NCBI RefSeq assembly: GCF_000012465.1
Contig: NC_007335.2
Coordinates: 240,001 to 272,000, forward strand
Source of the DNA: Prochlorococcus marinus str. NATL2A
GTDB taxonomy: Bacteria; Cyanobacteriota; Cyanobacteriia; PCC-6307; Cyanobiaceae
Direction of reading: 5' to 3'
DNA: 32,000 nucleotides
Numbering within the stretch: position 1 is the stretch's first letter; every line of letters starts with the position of its first letter. Below the pieces are notes generated by a model. It had not been told where the DNA came from and did no database searches. It worked only from the letters and a program-made list of their open reading frames with translations. Both the position numbers and the translations under genes were made by a program. This document shows positions 1-10,119 of this stretch, one piece after another.

Positions 1-63
1 ATTGTCTAATAGATCCTCTATTTTTTTGACGATCTGCTTTTTGCTTTCCAGCGTGCGGCCCAT
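1..63 (-). CDS. rplJ: 50S ribosomal protein L10, N-terminal 21 codons (partial, runs off window)
   Basis: Minus-strand ATG (complement of cat at 61-63) translates to MGRTLESKKQIVKKIEDLLDN. This is a typical L10 N-terminus and fits the conserved rplK-rplA-rplJ order. Confidence 0.85.
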   Translation of the reverse strand, partial: MGRTLESKKQIVKKIEDLLDN

Positions 64-286
64 AATAATTGGATCGAATCGGGGGAAGAACTGGACATGC
101 GGCCATATTCCCTTATAGGAATCGAGGCCGCTAACGATTCAATCCAAAAAGATAAATCCTGCGTATACCTCGGCGGGGTTTAAAGATTCTATTAAATCGA
201 AGATTTAATAGATATCAGACCTGCTGTCTTTGGCTGGGCGCATGCCCTTGTGGCTATGCCACTTAGCTAATTTACAACAATAAGGG
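64..286 (-). promoter_or_regulatory. Structured rplJ (L10) mRNA leader, putative L10(L12)4 autoregulatory element
   Basis: The 223-nt rplA-rplJ spacer is GC-enriched compared with other spacers. Nested helices form: 71-81 pairs with 135-145 (11 bp, with one pair that is G.U only on the minus-strand RNA). Inside that, 99-104 GCGGCC pairs with 126-131 GGCCGC, capped by 107-111 ATTCC / 118-122 GGAAT. There is also a perfect 10-bp hairpin at 189-211 and GTGGC-TAT-GCCAC at 250-262. Confidence 0.6.
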
Positions 287-994
287 TCACTTTTCTTTCT
301 GCAAGTCTTGTAATTCGTTTATATCTACTTCTACTGATGGTCCCATTGTAGATGTGATAAAGAAGCTTCTCCAAAATTTACCTTTTGCACCGCTTGGTTT
401 ATTTTTTTCTATTGTTGTTTGCAGCGTCTTCAGATTTTCAAGGAGTGCCTCTTCTGAAAAACTTGCTTTACCAAATCGAACGTGAACAATTCCTGCTTTG
501 TCTGCTCTGAATTCAAGTTTTCCTGCTTTAAATTCTTTAATAGCTCCCTCTAAATCGGTCGTAACTGTTCCTGCTTTTGGATTAGGCATAAGCCCTCTAG
601 GGCCAAGCACTCTACCAAGTTTGGCTACTTTAGGCATCATATCTGGAGTTGAAATTAGAAGGTCAAAGTTCATTTCTCCTTTGTTGATTGAATCAACTAA
701 ATCTTCCTCTCCAGCCAGATCAGCGCCTGCTTTAGTTGCTTCATTCACTTTCTCACCGCGTGTTACTACCGCTATTCGTATTTTCTGACCGGTTCCACTT
801 GGCAAGGCAACTGTTGTCCTTAGTTGCTGATCAGTATATTTTGGGTCAATACCGAGTCTTATATGAGCTTCAATAGTCTCATCGAACTTTGCATTGGCAT
901 TCTCCTTGACTAGTTTTATAGCTTCAATTGGAGAATATGAACGCTCTTCCACTTTGGAAAGTAACGTTGTCATCCTTTTAGAAAAATTTTTCAT
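287..994 (-). CDS. rplA: 50S ribosomal protein L1
   Basis: 235 aa with an ATG start. It reads as typical L1 throughout ([34 protein letters not shown]) and sits directly after rplK. Confidence 0.97.
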   Translation of the reverse strand: MKNFSKRMTTLLSKVEERSYSPIEAIKLVKENANAKFDETIEAHIRLGIDPKYTDQQLRTTVALPSGTGQKIRIAVVTRGEKVNEATKAGADLAGEEDLVDSINKGEMNFDLLISTPDMMPKVAKLGRVLGPRGLMPNPKAGTVTTDLEGAIKEFKAGKLEFRADKAGIVHVRFGKASFSEEALLENLKTLQTTIEKNKPSGAKGKFWRSFFITSTMGPSVEVDINELQDLQKEK

Positions 995-1064
995 AATAAA
1001 TTGGGGTGCATACGACTTTTAGTCTCCCCCTTGTAATAGAAGGTTTGGTGATTTTACGATTTAA

Positions 1065-1490
1065 TTAGTCCTTTATGGAAACACCCATATTTTTGGCAGT
1101 TCCTTCAATAACTTTCATCGCTGATTCGATGCTGCTGCAATTGAGATCAGGAAGTTTTGTTTTAGCAATTTCCTCAAGTTGACTTGTACTAATCGAGCCA
1201 GCAGATCCTTTCGCTGACTCTCCTGAACCTTTTGCAATTCCTGCTGCTTTAGTTATCAAAACAGAAGCAGGAGGGGTTTTTGTTATGAAACTAAAACTTC
1301 TATCTTCGAAAACTGATATTTCTACAGGAATAACAAAGCCAGCTTTGTCTTGGGTGCGCGAATTGTATTCCTTACAAAATGCCATTATGTTTACCCCGTG
1401 TTGACCAAGCGCAGGCCCAACGGGAGGAGCAGGGTTGGCTTTGCCAGCCTGTAAGGCCAACTTGATCAGGGCTACTACTTTCTTTGCCAT
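1065..1490 (-). CDS. rplK: 50S ribosomal protein L11
   Basis: 141 aa with an ATG start. The N-terminus is the canonical L11 sequence: [43 protein letters not shown]. Confidence 0.97.
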   Translation of the reverse strand: MAKKVVALIKLALQAGKANPAPPVGPALGQHGVNIMAFCKEYNSRTQDKAGFVIPVEISVFEDRSFSFITKTPPASVLITKAAGIAKGSGESAKGSAGSISTSQLEEIAKTKLPDLNCSSIESAMKVIEGTAKNMGVSIKD

Positions 1491-1593
1491 CGGCTGAAAA
1501 TTGAACTAATGCGGAAAACCTGAAATTAATCAGATTAAATTATCTATTAAACTTAACTCCTAGACTGACCAGACAGCAAAAGGAAATTAAAAA

Positions 1594-2262
1594 TCAATTT
1601 TGCTTAGTTATTTGAGAAAATTCAAGCTCAACTGGAGTTTCTCTACCAAAAATCGATAAGAGAGCCTTAAGTTTGTTTCGTTCTCCTGAAACTTCAATAA
1701 CTTCTCCTTGGAAGTCTTTAAAAGGACCTGCAGTTACAACAATCTGATCACCTTCCTCTACATCCAATTTGACAACAGTTTTCTTTTCAGCTGCTCGTTT
1801 GAAAATCCTATTAACTTCTTGCCTGCTGAGAGGGCGAGGTTTTATGTGTCCGCGTGCTTTACCAGTAGCTCTGCGGTCCTCTGCACCAACAAAATTAATT
1901 ACATTAGGTGTACTTCTTACAGCCATCATTGTGTCTTCATCTAAAACCATACGAACTAGCACATATCCAGGGAAAACTTTTTCTTCTGTAGTCTGCCTAC
2001 TACCATCTTTTTTTAACTTAACTGCTGGTGTTTGAGGGATTTCTATCTCTATTATTCTGTCACTGACACCAAGAGTTATGGCTCTTTGCTCAAGTGTCGC
2101 TTTTACCTTCTTTTCGCAACTTGAGGCAACCTGAATAGCGTACCAACGTGCAATATTTGTCTTGATTGACTGGTTTGCAAAAGATGATTGATCATCCTCG
2201 CTTGCTTCTGATCTATCAATTATTTTTGAATCTTTAGCAGGGGTGGTTTCAATCTCTGACAC
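1594..2262 (-). CDS. nusG: Transcription termination/antitermination factor NusG
   Basis: 222 aa with a GTG start. It has an NGN domain (WYAIQVASSCEKKV) and a C-terminal KOW motif (GDQIVVTAGPFKDFQGEVIEV), and lies in the secE-nusG-rplK context. The N-terminus carries an acidic/Ser-rich extension of about 35 aa. Confidence 0.93.
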   Translation of the reverse strand: MSEIETTPAKDSKIIDRSEASEDDQSSFANQSIKTNIARWYAIQVASSCEKKVKATLEQRAITLGVSDRIIEIEIPQTPAVKLKKDGSRQTTEEKVFPGYVLVRMVLDEDTMMAVRSTPNVINFVGAEDRRATGKARGHIKPRPLSRQEVNRIFKRAAEKKTVVKLDVEEGDQIVVTAGPFKDFQGEVIEVSGERNKLKALLSIFGRETPVELEFSQITKQN

Positions 2263-2304
2263 TGGAAAAAATTGTGAGTGGTTTAAAAATTTAGGTTAGT
2301 CAAC

Positions 2305-2547
2305 TCAGCGAAATATCTGAGTAGAGGCCCATCCATAAAAACGGCTTACAGCTGCGATTGATACTGCTGATAAAGTGACCATTAAAATCACGGCAACAGA
2401 TTCGCTAAAAAGTTGTTGGCGTGAAGGCCATACAACAAGTTTCATTTCATCAATTGTAGAGGATAAAAAACTCTTTTTTAAGGCAGTCTTTTCCTTTTTT
2501 GTAGGAATTACCTTTTCTTGATCCTCTTTAGAGGTTGGACTTGTCAC
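2305..2547 (-). CDS. secE: Preprotein translocase subunit SecE
   Basis: 80 aa with a GTG start. It has a single C-terminal TM helix preceded by KLVVWPSRQQL, and lies directly upstream of nusG as in most bacteria. Confidence 0.85.
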   Translation of the reverse strand: MTSPTSKEDQEKVIPTKKEKTALKKSFLSSTIDEMKLVVWPSRQQLFSESVAVILMVTLSAVSIAAVSRFYGWASTQIFR

Positions 2548-2619
2548 TTTGGGAAGACTAAAAGGAGGGTACTTTTAAAAAGAATGGCTATAAACCTAGA
2601 CTAACTTATGTTTGAGAGA

Positions 2620-5415
2620 TTAGTTATCTATTAAAAAAAGAAGTTTTTCTGAATCATCATCTTTAGTCTCAACCCTTATTGATTTTGCACCTTGAAAAGC
2701 CTCTTCTAAAATTTGTGTGGCCAGTGGGTTTTCTAATCTTCTTCTAATCACTCTTCTGAGCGGTCTAGCCCCGTATTCAGGTTCATAGCCTTCTTCAGCA
2801 AGAATTTTAATAGTATTTTCGTCAACATAAAGGTCTAAACCTTGGTGCTTTAGAAGCTTCTTCAATTCATCAAGTTGAAGTCGAACTATTTGCTCTAAGC
2901 TGTCAGGTTTAAGTGGGTTGAATTTTATTACTTCATCAATGCGGTTCAAAAATTCAGGTCGAAAATGTTTTGTTAGAGCTTCGTTGATTTTTTGATCTAA
3001 TTCTTGTAAAAGAATATTTTTATTTGAATTTTCGCTTTGAAGTTGAAGTGAATTATTTAAGATTGCTTTGCTAGCAAGATTGCTTGTCATAACAATAACT
3101 GTATTTCTAAAATCTACTGTTCGACCTTGAGAATCGGTGAGTCTTCCATCATCTAATACCTGTAACAGGATATTGAAAACTTCTTGATGAGCTTTTTCAA
3201 TCTCATCAAGAAGCAAAACTGCATAGGGTCTTTTTCTAATTGCCTCTGTTAATTGACCACCTTCTTCGTAACCCACGTATCCAGGCGGTGCACCTAAGAG
3301 TCTTGAAACAGCATTCCTCTCCATATATTCACTCATATCAAGTCTCAACAAAGCGTCCTCTTCATCAAACAAAGAACTTGCTAGTGATTTAGCAAGTTCA
3401 GTTTTTCCAACACCTGTAGGGCCTAGAAAAAGAAAGGATCCAATGGGCCTTTTTATGTCCTGCATCCCAGCTCTAGCTCTGCGAATTGCGGCTGAGACTG
3501 CTTGAACAGCATTTAATTGGCCAATAACTTTTTTTCCTAAGTCTTGTTCTAACTTTAAAAGTTTCTGTCTTTCACCCGATACAACCTTTCTAACAGGAAT
3601 TCCTGTCCATCTTGAGACAACATCAGCGATGTCTTCTGGGTTGACTTTGTCTTTTAGTAAGGAATTACCATACTCATTATCTTCTCGAATAGAAACTTCT
3701 ATTTCTTCTATTCTTTCTTGTAATTGGTAGAGTTGGTCGTATTTAAGTCTTTCTACTTCTTCCATATCACCAGAGATTTCCACTTCTCTTATTAAATTTT
3801 TTAATTCTTTCAAGCTTATTTTTAGTTCTTGTAATTCAGCTGATTTATCAATCTGATCTTGCCATTTTTGTTTAATCTCAGCCAACTCAAAGAGTAGCAA
3901 TTCTTTCTTTTCTTGAAGATTATTTATAGTCTCTAAAGTTGTATCTTTATCTGCATTTATTATTGATGACTCTAAATGATTAACCTGAGATTCTTTCTCT
4001 TCTATGATTTTTGGTTTTAATGCAGATTCTATTCTTACTTGAGCTGAAGCCTCGTCGATTAAGTCAATAGCTTTATCTGGTAGGCATCTATCACTTATAT
4101 ATCTATAGGCTAAACGATTTGCTGTAATTAGTGCTTCATCGGTAATAATTACGCCATGATGAACCTCGTAATTTTCTTTAAGTCCTTTTAAGATTTCCAA
4201 GCTTAAATCTAAGCTGGGTTCTTTAATTGATACTTGCTGAAATCGTCTATTTAGAGCGAGGTCTTTTTCTATCGTACGTCTATAATTGTCTGGAGTAGTT
4301 GCACCAATGCATCTTAAGTCTCCGCTTGCTAATAATGGTTTTAATAGACTACCAGCATCAGTATTTGATCTGTCTTTGCTTACAATTGTGTGTAATTCAT
4401 CTATGAATAGGATTACCCCTTTTTCGCTATTGTTGATTTCACTTAATAATGATCTAAAGCGTTCTTCAAATTGTCCTCGAAATTTAGCTCCAGCAATTAA
4501 TGCACCGATATCAAGTGAAATTAGCCTTAGACCTTGAAGAGATTCAGGAAGTTCGTTATCTACAATTTTTTGAGCTAATAATTCTGCAATTGCTGTTTTC
4601 CCAACACCAGGAGCACCAATTAGTACTGGATTGTTTTTACCTCTTCTAGATAAAACTTTTGTAATAGCTTTTATTTCAGACTCTCTGCCAATCACAGGGT
4701 CTAATGTTCCGTTTTCAGCTTCAGTTGTAAGATCTTTGCAGTATAAATCTAAGGCACTTGGTGCCTCATTAAGGTTTAAAGGTTCTTGCTTTGATGTGAT
4801 TTCTTCTTTAGAGAGAGGAGGAAGTGGCTCGGGTTTTGGATCTTTTGCAGTGGTTTCGGTAGGCATAAAAGACTGTGAATCTTTCTGTGGTCGATTTGTT
4901 ATTGGTTTGTCTTGATTTCTTTTTGATTGTTTAAATGATTTCGGTGCTGGTAGTCGTCTCAATTCCGCTTCGAGAATTTCACTCGGTAGACCTGCTTGAT
5001 ACAAAAGATCTTCTCCTAAGCGATTATCTCTTCCAATTGCGATGAGGATATGAGATATTTCTATTTGATTAGATCCCCATCGAGAGCGAAAATCATCAGC
5101 GACTTCAAGAAGAATTTCTAAGTCTTCTCCAATAAATAAATCTGGTTGGTTGTTTATTGGTAGTTCAGCGATAAAGTTTTCTAAGATTTCATTTAATTCT
5201 TTATGGTTTATGGGTAAGGAATTTGTATATTTTTGATATTTTTTATTTCTAAAAAGCACTTCAATAAGATGCTCAACATCTAAGTTCTTATGTCTCCATC
5301 TTCTGGCTGATTGTTCAGCTATTAATAAAAGACTCCAAGCTTCATCGCTAAACGAATCTGGTTCTGTAGTGAGACTTCCATTCATTTTTGATGACTTTTG
5401 ATTCAAAGTGGTCAT
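2620..5415 (-). CDS. clpB: ClpB-family AAA+ disaggregase paralogue (two NBDs, long N-domain/NBD1 linker)
   Basis: 931 aa with an ATG start. It has Clp_N repeats. NBD1 carries Walker A GAPGVGKT and Walker B ILFIDELH. A long coiled-coil middle domain follows. NBD2 carries GPTGVGKT and LLLDEIEKAH, plus GAPPGYVGYEEGG. Confidence 0.92.
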   Translation of the reverse strand: MTTLNQKSSKMNGSLTTEPDSFSDEAWSLLLIAEQSARRWRHKNLDVEHLIEVLFRNKKYQKYTNSLPINHKELNEILENFIAELPINNQPDLFIGEDLEILLEVADDFRSRWGSNQIEISHILIAIGRDNRLGEDLLYQAGLPSEILEAELRRLPAPKSFKQSKRNQDKPITNRPQKDSQSFMPTETTAKDPKPEPLPPLSKEEITSKQEPLNLNEAPSALDLYCKDLTTEAENGTLDPVIGRESEIKAITKVLSRRGKNNPVLIGAPGVGKTAIAELLAQKIVDNELPESLQGLRLISLDIGALIAGAKFRGQFEERFRSLLSEINNSEKGVILFIDELHTIVSKDRSNTDAGSLLKPLLASGDLRCIGATTPDNYRRTIEKDLALNRRFQQVSIKEPSLDLSLEILKGLKENYEVHHGVIITDEALITANRLAYRYISDRCLPDKAIDLIDEASAQVRIESALKPKIIEEKESQVNHLESSIINADKDTTLETINNLQEKKELLLFELAEIKQKWQDQIDKSAELQELKISLKELKNLIREVEISGDMEEVERLKYDQLYQLQERIEEIEVSIREDNEYGNSLLKDKVNPEDIADVVSRWTGIPVRKVVSGERQKLLKLEQDLGKKVIGQLNAVQAVSAAIRRARAGMQDIKRPIGSFLFLGPTGVGKTELAKSLASSLFDEEDALLRLDMSEYMERNAVSRLLGAPPGYVGYEEGGQLTEAIRKRPYAVLLLDEIEKAHQEVFNILLQVLDDGRLTDSQGRTVDFRNTVIVMTSNLASKAILNNSLQLQSENSNKNILLQELDQKINEALTKHFRPEFLNRIDEVIKFNPLKPDSLEQIVRLQLDELKKLLKHQGLDLYVDENTIKILAEEGYEPEYGARPLRRVIRRRLENPLATQILEEAFQGAKSIRVETKDDDSEKLLFLIDN

Positions 5416-5542
5416 TTGCCTACTGAATTTTGGTTGAGAACTTTTTATCTATATGTGTATTCTCTTTTAAGACAAATTTGATCGATTAGGTCTTGGAAAG
5501 CAAGCTAGATTAGCAATTAAGGAACATATAGGAATAATGTAG

Positions 5543-6874
<1,332 letters not shown>

Positions 6875-6884
6875 TTTAAATAAA

Positions 6885-8564
6885 TTAGCGAGAGCCTCGT
6901 CTTCCTTGAAAATTATCAAGTCTATTTTCGTTTCTCATTTTGAATTGTAATGTGATCCAATTTAGAGCTATTGGAAACCCTGGAATTAATGGTATGAAAA
7001 ATAAATATGGTTTGCTATTTGAGGCTAATAAAGCTGACGATATTGCAAGTGAGCCAAGCAGAACGGAATTGCCTAGTGTTTGTTGAGCGTTAATCATTCT
7101 TCTGAGTTGTCTGTCTGATTCACCCATTCGTACTTGAAGTTGCAAGTCGCCTTGTTCAAGTCTTTCTAGATTTTCATCTAAGCGTTTTGGCAACCCAACA
7201 GCTTTACTGCCAATTTCAGTAACTTGTCTTCCTAATTCATTAAATAGATCATTAGAGTCTGTATTCTTTGAAGTCATGAGAGGGAGAAGGAAGGGTTTTG
7301 CTATTGCTATTAAATTAAATTCTGGGTCTAAATATCTTCCAACACCTTCAAAAGTAGATAATGCTCTAAAAACAAAAATCAACTCAATTGGTATTCTAAA
7401 TGGTTTCCCATAAGCCAGTTCGGATATATCCCCAGAGAGCTTTTCTATGATTTGAGAATCAAAAGGAGGAGTTAGGGCTTCGTTTAACATTATTCTTATT
7501 AATCTTCTAACTGGACCTATTTCAATATCGTCTTCTATTAGTCCAGCAATTTGAAGTTCTTTGACCAGTCCACTAACGTCTCTCAGCGCTGCCGCTTTTA
7601 TCATTGAATTGAGCCTGCCTCTAATACGCTCAGAGACAAAACCCATCATCCCAAAATCATAGTAAATGAGAGAACCACTCTTAGAAACAGCTAAGTTACC
7701 AGGATGAGGATCAGCGTGAAAAAAACCGTAATTAACTAATTGCTTTAAATAACTTGTAGCTCCAATCTTTGCGATTGAAGAAGTATCAATATCATTACTT
7801 TTTAGAGATTGAATGTCATTGATCTTAATTCCTGGTAAATACTCTAAGCATAAAACTTTACTGGTGCTTAAATCCCAAAATACACTTGGTATTAAAATAT
7901 CTGAATCATCTATAAATTGTTGTTTAAATCTTGCAGCATATTGAGCTTCAATTCGAAAATCTAGCTCTCTGAGTAATACTCTCCTAGACTCCTTTGCAAT
8001 ACCTATCCAGTCATTACCTCTACTTAAAGACTTTATTCTTTGCACTACTTTTGCAACTTGATTCATCACATCTAAGTCAAGCCTGAAGAACTTTTCTATA
8101 TCTGGTCTTTGTACTTTAAAAATGATATTTTTGTCATTATTTAATCTAGCCTTATGAACTTGAGCAAGTGATGCTGAGCCAATTGGATTTTTATCAATAC
8201 TTATGATTTTATTGTATGAGTTTCCAAGTTGTTTCTTTAAAATTTCATCGACTTTTTCAAATGCAAAAGGTGGAACTCTGTCTTGTAGAGAGGTAAGCTC
8301 ATTTACCCACGAAGATGGAATAACATCAGCTCTAGCAGATAAAAGTTGGCCTAATTTTATAAATGCTGATCCTAAATTAATTAATTCTTTTGTAATCCAT
8401 TTTGCTCTTGAAGTAGTTCTTTTCTCTCTTTTTTTAGTGGTGTACCCTTTTAAATAAGTCCATTTTTTAGAATCAAACCATAAATAGAAAAGTAAACCTA
8501 ATAATATCATCCAAATCCTGAAGGCTCTAACAAGTCTTTGAAGTTGACTAGCTAAAAATATCAA
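6885..8564 (-). CDS. ABC1/UbiB-family atypical protein kinase with C-terminal TM segments
   Basis: 559 aa. ABC1 motifs are present: GSASLAQVHKA, HADPHPGNL and a YYDFGMMG-type segment. The TTG start at 8564 is supported because the conserved RAFRIW...LWF N-terminal segment lies upstream of the first ATG. Confidence 0.85.
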   Translation of the reverse strand: MIFLASQLQRLVRAFRIWMILLGLLFYLWFDSKKWTYLKGYTTKKREKRTTSRAKWITKELINLGSAFIKLGQLLSARADVIPSSWVNELTSLQDRVPPFAFEKVDEILKKQLGNSYNKIISIDKNPIGSASLAQVHKARLNNDKNIIFKVQRPDIEKFFRLDLDVMNQVAKVVQRIKSLSRGNDWIGIAKESRRVLLRELDFRIEAQYAARFKQQFIDDSDILIPSVFWDLSTSKVLCLEYLPGIKINDIQSLKSNDIDTSSIAKIGATSYLKQLVNYGFFHADPHPGNLAVSKSGSLIYYDFGMMGFVSERIRGRLNSMIKAAALRDVSGLVKELQIAGLIEDDIEIGPVRRLIRIMLNEALTPPFDSQIIEKLSGDISELAYGKPFRIPIELIFVFRALSTFEGVGRYLDPEFNLIAIAKPFLLPLMTSKNTDSNDLFNELGRQVTEIGSKAVGLPKRLDENLERLEQGDLQLQVRMGESDRQLRRMINAQQTLGNSVLLGSLAISSALLASNSKPYLFFIPLIPGFPIALNWITLQFKMRNENRLDNFQGRRGSR

Positions 8565-8872
8565 TTTTTCCCCTCAATATCTTTATTAATATCGATAACC
8601 TTTGATCTGAGATTATCTATTTGAATTTGAATTGAATCTTCTTTACTTAATTGTTCCTCAGAAGTTTTTTCTTTTGATTTATTAGTCTTTTTTTCTAGAC
8701 GTTCAGATTCTTCAATAATCTCTTCTTTAAAGCTATCCCATTCATTTTGGAGCTTTTGAGGCAATTCTTCAGCAATTTCAGTAAATTCTTGAGCAGAATT
8801 TATAAGTTTCTCTGTTATTCGAGCTGATATTCGGTTTATAGCTGCTTTAAGCAGTATCTCTGAGTCGCTCAA
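8561..8872 (-). CDS. Hypothetical small Glu/Lys-rich coiled-coil protein
   Basis: 103-aa ORF with a TTG start and no internal Met. The composition is strongly charged and helical. Its TGA overlaps the TTG of the downstream ABC1 kinase (TTGA). I recognise no domain. Confidence 0.55.
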   Translation of the reverse strand: MSDSEILLKAAINRISARITEKLINSAQEFTEIAEELPQKLQNEWDSFKEEIIEESERLEKKTNKSKEKTSEEQLSKEDSIQIQIDNLRSKVIDINKDIEGKN

Positions 8873-9139
8873 GAATCTAGATAATCAGCTTATACTGTAG
8901 GAGATTTCGGTTTCTTTGTGTCTTCGGATTGAAACTAGGTATAGGCAGATTTGCTCTTAATCAATTAAATCTATTTAGAAGATTAGTTGTTATTGTTCAT
9001 CTTAAAGAATTTTCATTAGAGTTGGACAAGCTAACATTTGATTTGATTTGGGAAAAAAGTTTAATCTATTAACCCAAGTGATCTCAACACATTACTTTCT
9101 CTTCTTGAAAGAGAGCAAAACCTACTAAGAGAATTTCCA

Positions 9140-10096
9140 TTGGAAACCATTGAAACTGATGTTGTCATAGTTGGTGGTGGGCCTGCTGGATGCAGTTGTG
9201 CGCTTTACACCTCCCGAGCAGATTTAAGAACAGTAATCCTCGATAAAAACCCTGATGTAGGGGCGTTAGCAATAACCCATCAAATTGCGAATTATCCAGG
9301 GGTTTCCAGTGAAATGAGTGGAGAGGCCTTGTTGAAATTGATGAGAGATCAGGCTACCCAATACGGGGCTGATTATCGAAGAGCTCAAGTTTTTGGAATT
9401 GATTCTAGTGGTGATTGGAAAACTATCTACACACCAGAAGGAACCTTTAAAGCAAAAGCACTTGTCGTTGCAAGTGGTGCAATGGGAAGGCCAGCATCAT
9501 TTAAAGGTGAGGCTGAATTTCTTGGTAGAGGAGTTAGCTATTGCGCGACTTGTGATGGGGCTTTTTATAGAGATCGTGAAGTTGCCGTTGTTGGTATTAA
9601 TAAAGAAGCAATCGAAGAAGCAAATGTTCTTACAAAATTTGCTTCCAAAGTTCATTGGATAACATCTAATGATCCAAAACCAGATGACCATCATGCGCAA
9701 GACCTCTTATCAAAACCAAATGTCAACCATTGGAGTAAGACTAGGTTGATGCAGATTGAAGGTAATGATGGTGGTGTAACAGGCATTAAGGTTAAAAATC
9801 GTTCAATTGATACCCATCAAAATTTAGCTCTTGAAGGAGTTTTTGTTTATATGAGCGGGTCAAAGCCTATTACAGACTTTCTTGGTGAACAGGTTGCTTT
9901 TAAGGAGGATGGCGGGGTTTTGGTCGATGACTTTATGTCGACAACAGTTGAAGGAGTGTGGGCGATTGGCGACATCAGAAATACCCCTTTTAAGCAAGCT
10001 GTTGTAGCAGCATCGGATGGATGTATAGCTGCTATGGCTATAGATAGATACTTAAATAGTAGAAAATCTATTCGTGTCGACTGGGTTCATGCTTGA
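9140..10096 (+). CDS. Thioredoxin-reductase-fold flavoprotein lacking NADPH-binding motifs (DTR/FFTR-like)
   Basis: 318 aa. The TTG start is required because the FAD motif VIVGGGPAG begins at residue 9. It has the redox-active CATC (SYCATCDGAFY) and a distal FAD motif WAIGDI. The GGGxSA and HRRxxxR positions instead read VGINKEA and HWITSND. Confidence 0.85.
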   Translation: METIETDVVIVGGGPAGCSCALYTSRADLRTVILDKNPDVGALAITHQIANYPGVSSEMSGEALLKLMRDQATQYGADYRRAQVFGIDSSGDWKTIYTPEGTFKAKALVVASGAMGRPASFKGEAEFLGRGVSYCATCDGAFYRDREVAVVGINKEAIEEANVLTKFASKVHWITSNDPKPDDHHAQDLLSKPNVNHWSKTRLMQIEGNDGGVTGIKVKNRSIDTHQNLALEGVFVYMSGSKPITDFLGEQVAFKEDGGVLVDDFMSTTVEGVWAIGDIRNTPFKQAVVAASDGCIAAMAIDRYLNSRKSIRVDWVHA

Positions 10097-10119
10097 TGTG
10101 AAAAATTGAGAATTATTTT

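Noticed and set aside
71-85. GGATCGAATCGGGGG, reminiscent of a tRNA T-arm (GGTTCGAATCC), in a GC-rich patch. I considered a possible tRNA gene.
   Set aside because: No acceptor, D or anticodon arms can be built around it. The segment instead pairs with 135-145 as part of the rplJ leader structure.
9097-9117. Short hairpin TCTCTT-CTTGA-AAGAGA upstream of the trxB-like gene, plus a search of the 267-bp spacer 8873-9139 for small ORFs or sRNA signals.
   Set aside because: The stem is 6-7 bp and AT-rich. The spacer has no plus-strand ATG, only minus-strand ORFs of 18 codons or fewer, and ordinary composition (about 31% GC).
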